Below are positions 58,671-64,000 of a stretch of DNA of 64,000 nucleotides, piece by piece. This DNA is from Candidatus Dojkabacteria bacterium. GTDB taxonomy: Bacteria > Patescibacteriota > Dojkabacteria > B142 > WJKM01. The first letter of the stretch is position 1; every line of letters begins with the position of its first letter. Below the pieces are notes generated by a model. That model did no database searches. It was not told the origin of the DNA and saw only the letters and a program-made list of their open reading frames with translations. A program made the position numbers and the translations under genes. Location: NCBI GenBank assembly GCA_014729085.1, contig WJKM01000011.1, positions 170,852-234,851 of the forward strand, written 5' to 3'.

Positions 58671-60776
58671 ATGATAATAAAAACATTCTCAATAAAAAAT
58701 TTTAAAAAATTTAGAAATGAAACCTTTGAATTTTCCGAAGGTCTGAATATTATTCTTGGACCGAACGAAGCTGGTAAATCTTCACTTGCAGAAGCTTTGA
58801 TCACCTGTCTATTTACCGATCCTACAACAAGATCAAAGAAATTTTTTAATAATTCGAGACCTTGGGGTAAAAGAAAAGAAGACAAACCTATCTTTGAGCT
58901 GGAGTTTATTGAAGGAGAGGGGGAATATATATTAAGAAAGAATTTTTCCGAAAGGGAAGTACTTTTAAAAGAGATACATAAGAATAAAAGTATCACTGGT
59001 AAAACAAAAGTTGCGAATTTCATCGAAAAATCTCTTGGATTTCCTTCTGAAGATATTTACAGATCAACTGGGTTTATAGGACAAAAGGATATACTTAAAG
59101 TACAAAAGTCTGACGATTTTATTACAGCTGTCCAAAATGCCTCTTCAGGAGAGGGAAGGGATGGCGATATTCAGTATGTAATAAGTGAGATTGATAAAGA
59201 AATAAGACAACTTCAAAAAGGACTCAAAAGCCCCTCTAAATCTCCAGGTCCAATCAAGCAAACTAAAGATGCATTGGAAAAAAAGAGGTTTGAACTCTCT
59301 GAATTGGATGAAAAGTGGAAGCAGATTAAAAAGAAAATAACAAATCTGGAAAAGAAGAGACATAAGAGAAAAAAATTAAAAAATAAGATTGAGGTATTAG
59401 AAAAAGTATTGAAAAACCACGAAAAATATAAAACAGCAAGGATTAATTTAGAAGAAACAATAAAAAAAATTAAAGTACTGTCGAAAGACATAAAGAATAT
59501 TGAAGAACTAGATAAGGAAATTGACCAGATGAACTTCAAATTGAAAAAATATGAAAAACTAGAAGGTGTAGATCTAGATGACTTATTATTAAATTTTGCG
59601 AATATTCATAATGATATAAGACTTCGTAAAGAAACAATCAAACAGATAGAGCAAAACATGGAACGAATCGGAAAAGAAGGAACGCATAAATACAGAAAGC
59701 CAATTCTGGGTATCACAATGAGTGTTTTTTTAATCCTTATGGGAGTTTCAATATATCGAAAAAGTGTCTTTCTGTTTATTGTTGATTGTGCAATAGCAAC
59801 AGCAGTTATATTATTTGATTTTTTCGTGATTAATAAAAAAGCACGAAAAAGAAAAACACTAAAACAAAAACAGGAGGACTTAAATGAAATTGCCGAAAGA
59901 GACGAAAAGAAACTTGAATCGATTATGTCAGAATATAATATTTCTACAAAAGAACAGTTTTTATCAATCAAATCGGAAATTAATTCCTTAAACCTAGAAA
60001 TCGAAAAGGCGAAAGCAAATAAGCTTGGAATTCTTGGAGGGAAAACCCTGGAGAGATTAAAAGACGAACAGATTGATTTACTGACTATGAAAAAAGATAT
60101 TGAAATCAATGATTTAACCAACGAGATACTTAACTCTCAACTTGATCCCGAAGAATACAATAGAAAAAAAATAGATTTAGAAAGATTTACTAAAGAATTT
60201 AAAGAAGTACATGAAGAAATTTTGAACCTAGAAGGCAAACTTAATGAAAGTGGTACTTCTTTGGATAACTTACGTAATTTGAAAGCAGAAATAGAAGAGT
60301 TGGAAAAAAACTTAAAATATTATAATTACAGACTAAAGGTACTTATTGGAGTAGAAAAATATTTACAAAAAGCTTTGGAAGATACTTCAAGTCTTGCAAT
60401 CAACATTTTACGCAAAGATATCGAACAATACTTCCCAAAACTAACTAAGCAGAATTATAATAAAGTCAGGATAGATAAGAAATTTAATCTAGAGATTTAT
60501 TCAAATAAATTGGACGATTGGTTAGATCCGGTTGATAACCTTTCTATTGGAACAATAGATCAGATTTATTTCTTATTTAGGTTAGCTTTTGTAAAATTAT
60601 TAGTAAAAAATAAAAAAACAATATTGATCCTTGACGATCCATTTGCAAGTTATGATGAAGACAGATTGGAGAACGTTTTTAATATACTTGATAAAGAACA
60701 GCAGCAGTTTCAGATTTTATTGTTAACTCACGAGACAAGGTATAAAAAATATGGAAAAGTAACTCAAATATATTAG
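58671..60776 (+). CDS. SbcC/Rad50-like SMC-family ATPase with a membrane-spanning insert (YhaN/SbcE-type)
   Basis: Walker A GPNEAGKSS; a long coiled coil interrupted by two TM helices (ILGITMSVFLILMGVSIY, FLFIVDCAIATAVILFDFFVI); C-terminal signature-like LSIGTIDQ, Walker B ILILDDPFASYDEDR, H-loop LLLTHE. Confidence 0.7.
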   Translation: MIIKTFSIKNFKKFRNETFEFSEGLNIILGPNEAGKSSLAEALITCLFTDPTTRSKKFFNNSRPWGKRKEDKPIFELEFIEGEGEYILRKNFSEREVLLKEIHKNKSITGKTKVANFIEKSLGFPSEDIYRSTGFIGQKDILKVQKSDDFITAVQNASSGEGRDGDIQYVISEIDKEIRQLQKGLKSPSKSPGPIKQTKDALEKKRFELSELDEKWKQIKKKITNLEKKRHKRKKLKNKIEVLEKVLKNHEKYKTARINLEETIKKIKVLSKDIKNIEELDKEIDQMNFKLKKYEKLEGVDLDDLLLNFANIHNDIRLRKETIKQIEQNMERIGKEGTHKYRKPILGITMSVFLILMGVSIYRKSVFLFIVDCAIATAVILFDFFVINKKARKRKTLKQKQEDLNEIAERDEKKLESIMSEYNISTKEQFLSIKSEINSLNLEIEKAKANKLGILGGKTLERLKDEQIDLLTMKKDIEINDLTNEILNSQLDPEEYNRKKIDLERFTKEFKEVHEEILNLEGKLNESGTSLDNLRNLKAEIEELEKNLKYYNYRLKVLIGVEKYLQKALEDTSSLAINILRKDIEQYFPKLTKQNYNKVRIDKKFNLEIYSNKLDDWLDPVDNLSIGTIDQIYFLFRLAFVKLLVKNKKTILILDDPFASYDEDRLENVFNILDKEQQQFQILLLTHETRYKKYGKVTQIY

Positions 60777-60843
60777 TATTAGTAGAATCAAAGCAGCATT
60801 CTAATAGGAAGAAGACTTAATATTCAAAGAAACTATATCGAAA

Positions 60844-62598
60844 ATGATACAGATAAAGAAAAACAAAAACAAAAACAAAAAGTTTATAAGTTTAATGCTT
60901 GTATTGATTTTGTTATCTTTCTCAATATTTTCCCCCGTTGTGTTTTCCAGGACTGTCTCAGAAATTCAAGAGGAAATTGATAATAGAAAGGAAGAACTAA
61001 CAAACGTCGATTCTGAAATACAGAAGTTGGAAGAAGATTTAGAATCCCAAAAACAAAAGCTTGCCGAGGTTACTGATAGAAGAGTGAAACTGCGTGGAGA
61101 AATAGAATTAAACAAAAAAGAAGCAGAAATTATTAAAAGAAAAATGCAGGATTTAGAAGAAAAACAGAAACTTAAAGATCTTGAAAAAGAGAAAAGAATG
61201 ACTAAACAGAATAAGATGGTTCAAGGCTTTTATACAGACTGGAAACAGACAAATATAGTTCGAAGCATTCTAAGTTCTGGTGCTACCAATATGATGAAAG
61301 TTGCTGTCTATCAAAATGCAGTTACATTGGATGAACAAGAAAATATCCAATTAATAGAGCAGGAATTATTAGAAATTCAAAAGGAATATGAAAAAGCGGA
61401 GGTTCAGCGCCACGATTATGAGACTAGACTAAATACCTTGGCCAATCAAGCACAGGAAATAGAAAGACTACTTAAAGAACTGGAAGAGAAAATTGCCTCA
61501 AATACGAATGATATAAGTAACTATCGGGCAAAAATTGCTGTTCTGCAGTCCGAGATAGAACAGTTAACAGCCGAGCAAAAAGCAATTCAAGAATATGAAA
61601 ACTCCCTTCTTGCCAAAGATGCTTCAAACGGAGGAACACAGGAGTTGGAAACAGGGGATTTGTATTTTCAGGGGGTAGGGAGGGAAATATATCAAGGCCA
61701 TGGAGTCGGAATGTCACAGTTTGGAGCATTGGGTGCTGCACTGAAAGGCTGGGATTACAAGAAAATACTGGAGTTCTATTATCCAGGTGCAAAGGTTGTG
61801 AAATATACTGAAGTGCAAACACTAAATGTAGATGGATATGGATCTATGTCAATAGAAAATTATGTGGCAGGAGCTGGGGAAATACCTGATTATTCTTGTG
61901 AAGATCTTGAGATTGAATTTGATCACAATAACATTTGGAAATGTTGGCCTAAAGAGGCAATTAAAGCACAGGTTGTAGCATTTAGAACCTACGGTTTGAA
62001 TAAGACAAAAGGAGGATCCAGTATTTGTACAACTGCTAGATGTCAAGTTTACAAAGGTGGAGAGAATAAAAGGTGGGCAGCGGAGGAAACAGAGAGTATG
62101 GTTGTAGTTTATGGGGGAGAACCAATAAGCGCTTTTTATAGCTCTGATAATCATAATGGATGGGGGACTGCAAACAATGACACAGTATGGAGTAATTTCG
62201 AGGGTGAAGGTGTACCAGAGCCTTATTTGAGAGCTGTAAATGATAAAGCCATAGCGTATAAATATACTTATACGGAATGGACCTGGAGAACAAACGGCTA
62301 TTCGATAGAAGATATCGACGGAATGTTGAATTGGAGCATGAGCTCTAACCAAGCATCTGATAAATATAGAACATTCATTACAGATCTCAAAAGTTCTATT
62401 GGGGAATTGAAGGGGCTCGAGTTTGAACGCGATCCATCTGGTAGAGTAAATAAAGTTAAATTAATCGGATCAAGCAAATCAAGATATATGGCCGGATGGC
62501 TATTCAAATCTTTGTGGAATATTTGGATAGGAAATGAAAAACCTTCTGGTGAAGAAGATTATATTTATAGTTTGACTTACTATATGAAGGTTAAATAA
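60844..62598 (+). CDS. exported coiled-coil protein with a C-terminal SpoIID/LytB-like cell-wall hydrolase domain
   Basis: Signal peptide; ~270 aa of heptad-rich coiled coil; SpoIID signature GHGVGMSQFGALGAA plus downstream conserved Cys/aromatic residues. Confidence 0.6.
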   Translation: MIQIKKNKNKNKKFISLMLVLILLSFSIFSPVVFSRTVSEIQEEIDNRKEELTNVDSEIQKLEEDLESQKQKLAEVTDRRVKLRGEIELNKKEAEIIKRKMQDLEEKQKLKDLEKEKRMTKQNKMVQGFYTDWKQTNIVRSILSSGATNMMKVAVYQNAVTLDEQENIQLIEQELLEIQKEYEKAEVQRHDYETRLNTLANQAQEIERLLKELEEKIASNTNDISNYRAKIAVLQSEIEQLTAEQKAIQEYENSLLAKDASNGGTQELETGDLYFQGVGREIYQGHGVGMSQFGALGAALKGWDYKKILEFYYPGAKVVKYTEVQTLNVDGYGSMSIENYVAGAGEIPDYSCEDLEIEFDHNNIWKCWPKEAIKAQVVAFRTYGLNKTKGGSSICTTARCQVYKGGENKRWAAEETESMVVVYGGEPISAFYSSDNHNGWGTANNDTVWSNFEGEGVPEPYLRAVNDKAIAYKYTYTEWTWRTNGYSIEDIDGMLNWSMSSNQASDKYRTFITDLKSSIGELKGLEFERDPSGRVNKVKLIGSSKSRYMAGWLFKSLWNIWIGNEKPSGEEDYIYSLTYYMKVK

Positions 62599-62820
62599 AT
62601 TTGTATCCAAAGTTGACTTTATTTATATGAAAATGAGATTATAAAGGTGTAGGAGTGCATTTTTAATTTGCCTATTATCTTTTTGTGAATATTAAATATT
62701 CTTCTAACATTCTTAAAAAGCCTGAATTCCCTTCAATTTTATCGAGACTTATTATTTATATACTTATAATTTTTCAAGAGAGGTTTTCTGTAATAAAATA
62801 AATAGTATTATTTATACGAC

Positions 62821-64000
62821 ATGGATGAGAATGAAATTAAAATTAAATATTTTGTAGGAAATACTAAGCCAACAGAATGGACTAGTGTTTATTATTATTC
62901 TCCTCAAAGTCCAGCTGAGATCGAGGAAAAAGGTGAGATCTTCGCTGTTATATCATTGTCCAGCCCGCCTACATTTGATTCAGAAAAAGGAGGGAATTTG
63001 CTTTTAGACAGATTGCATGAATTATATTTTGATTCTGAGAAAGATGGAGTATTGGAATGCTTAGAGTCTGCAATCTATGGAGTACAAAAAAGACTACTGG
63101 AACTTTTAGAAAATGACGAAATCAGTTCTGAAAAAGGAATAGAATTAAATTTAAGTGTCCTAGTTAAGAAAGGTAGATTTGTTTATATAGCTTCCATGGG
63201 TGAATCTAAAGTATATGGGAGCAGAGAAGGAAAGATATCAGATCTAAGTTCTGTATTAAAAGATCCTGACGGCAAGAGAATTATGAAAGTTGGAAGTCTT
63301 GTTGTGAAGGAAGGAGATAGGTTTTTACTATTATCACCGGAAGGGGATTTTGAGATAAAAAGAGAGGAAAGAGAAAAAATTATTGATAAATTTTCTCTAA
63401 GGTATCTAAAAGGAAAAAAGATTGCGAATGAATCTTTAGTTGGAGCTATGCTTGTTGGACTTGAAGAGACAGAAACAAGCATAGATTCTAAAAAAACTCT
63501 TCAATCCAAGATTTCGAAGAAAGAAGAGATCCCATTCGAAGACGTCATTGAGGAAGAAAAGATGTACGAAGAAGAGGTATTAAAAGGAGAAGCTGATGAA
63601 CAAGTTTTCGAAAAGGAAAGTGCTTTTAGTGCACAAATCAAAAATATACAAATTAAAAAGTATTTTGATAATATTTTTAAATCATTTACAGATAATAGAT
63701 ACAATAGAAATGGTAAGACCTACAAAGTAATTGTAATACGGACTATAGATTCTATCACTAAGGGACTGAAAAATATTGGTGAATTTTTATGGTACAAAGT
63801 TCTAGGAATGAAAAAGAAGGGGAGAGGAAGTTTATATATAAGGGAGCAAAATGGAAATATTAATTGGAGACCAATAATACTACTTTCGGTTATTTTCATT
63901 CTTGTTTCCTACTTTATATTTGTTTCTGTAAAGAGGAATAGAGAGCTTGCCGAACATAAGTTTAATATGGAACAGAAATTGAATGAAATAGAGCAGGATA
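62821..64000 (+). CDS. partial ORF (no stop inside the window): degenerate PP2C-like domain plus a C-terminal TM helix
   Basis: 393 codons open to the window end. ELNLSVLVKKGRFVYIASMGESKVYGS and EGDRFLLLSPEG parallel PP2C motifs (LYVANVGDSRAY, GDRLLLCSDG), but the metal-binding Asp residues are substituted. The hydrophobic segment PIILLSVIFILVSYFIFVSV lies near the end. Confidence 0.45.
   Translation, partial: MDENEIKIKYFVGNTKPTEWTSVYYYSPQSPAEIEEKGEIFAVISLSSPPTFDSEKGGNLLLDRLHELYFDSEKDGVLECLESAIYGVQKRLLELLENDEISSEKGIELNLSVLVKKGRFVYIASMGESKVYGSREGKISDLSSVLKDPDGKRIMKVGSLVVKEGDRFLLLSPEGDFEIKREEREKIIDKFSLRYLKGKKIANESLVGAMLVGLEETETSIDSKKTLQSKISKKEEIPFEDVIEEEKMYEEEVLKGEADEQVFEKESAFSAQIKNIQIKKYFDNIFKSFTDNRYNRNGKTYKVIVIRTIDSITKGLKNIGEFLWYKVLGMKKKGRGSLYIREQNGNINWRPIILLSVIFILVSYFIFVSVKRNRELAEHKFNMEQKLNEIEQD

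Noticed and set aside
1-64000. Alternative genetic code (UGA recoded, as in some CPR lineages)
   Set aside because: Long ORFs are intact under the standard code and several well-supported genes end in TGA (e.g. dnaG at 2109-2111). No in-frame TGA-disrupted genes were seen.

Overview
This 64 kb window is visibly AT-rich (roughly one-third G+C by eye) and comes from a small-genome bacterium whose repertoire looks monoderm, either Patescibacteria/CPR-like or deep Firmicute-like. Supporting inference: compact housekeeping proteins (for example a 534-aa IF-2), a sortase, SipW/TasA-style signal peptides, a T-box leader, a SpoIID-like hydrolase and a YhaO/YhaN-like nuclease pair. The standard genetic code fits, because long intact ORFs end in TGA/TAG/TAA.

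The window spans the chromosomal replication origin. dnaA and dnaN lie on the minus strand, followed by an AT-rich spacer with a perfect DnaA box and then yidD. Gene orientation switches from mostly minus to mostly plus around 43.9-44.2 kb. Housekeeping genes include dnaG, ftsK, comM/yifB, def, serS, argS (with a T-box-like leader), uvrD/pcrA, dnaJ, infB, rlmH and hup (HU). There are scattered cell-envelope genes (GT2, UbiA-like prenyltransferase, NAD-epimerase, DegT aminotransferase, patatin, YmdB-like phosphoesterase, transglutaminase-like, sortase) and an ECF sigma/anti-sigma pair.

Two accessory regions stand out. (1) 2.2-10.9 kb holds five paralogous lipoprotein genes, all starting with the same 'MEQER' signal peptide and straddling ftsK. 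Two of them share a ~150-nt near-identical 5' module fused to unrelated bodies, and several carry thrombospondin-type-3-like acidic Ca-binding motifs. (2) 49.7-57.3 kb holds seven co-directional genes for signal-peptide-bearing, cysteine-rich proteins. Each contains a VirB2/TrbC-like two-helix membrane hairpin with a short charged loop; the shortest is a 115-aa pilin-like protein, and two large ones share a conserved C-terminal anchor module under divergent heads. This array is followed by a membrane-anchored SbcD/SbcC-like (YhaO/YhaN-like) nuclease-ATPase pair, a coiled-coil SpoIID-like cell-wall hydrolase and a degenerate PP2C-like membrane protein. The array is the best candidate for an undescribed surface-appendage or T4SS-pilin-like system.

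No rRNA, tRNA, CRISPR array or obvious transposase was seen.
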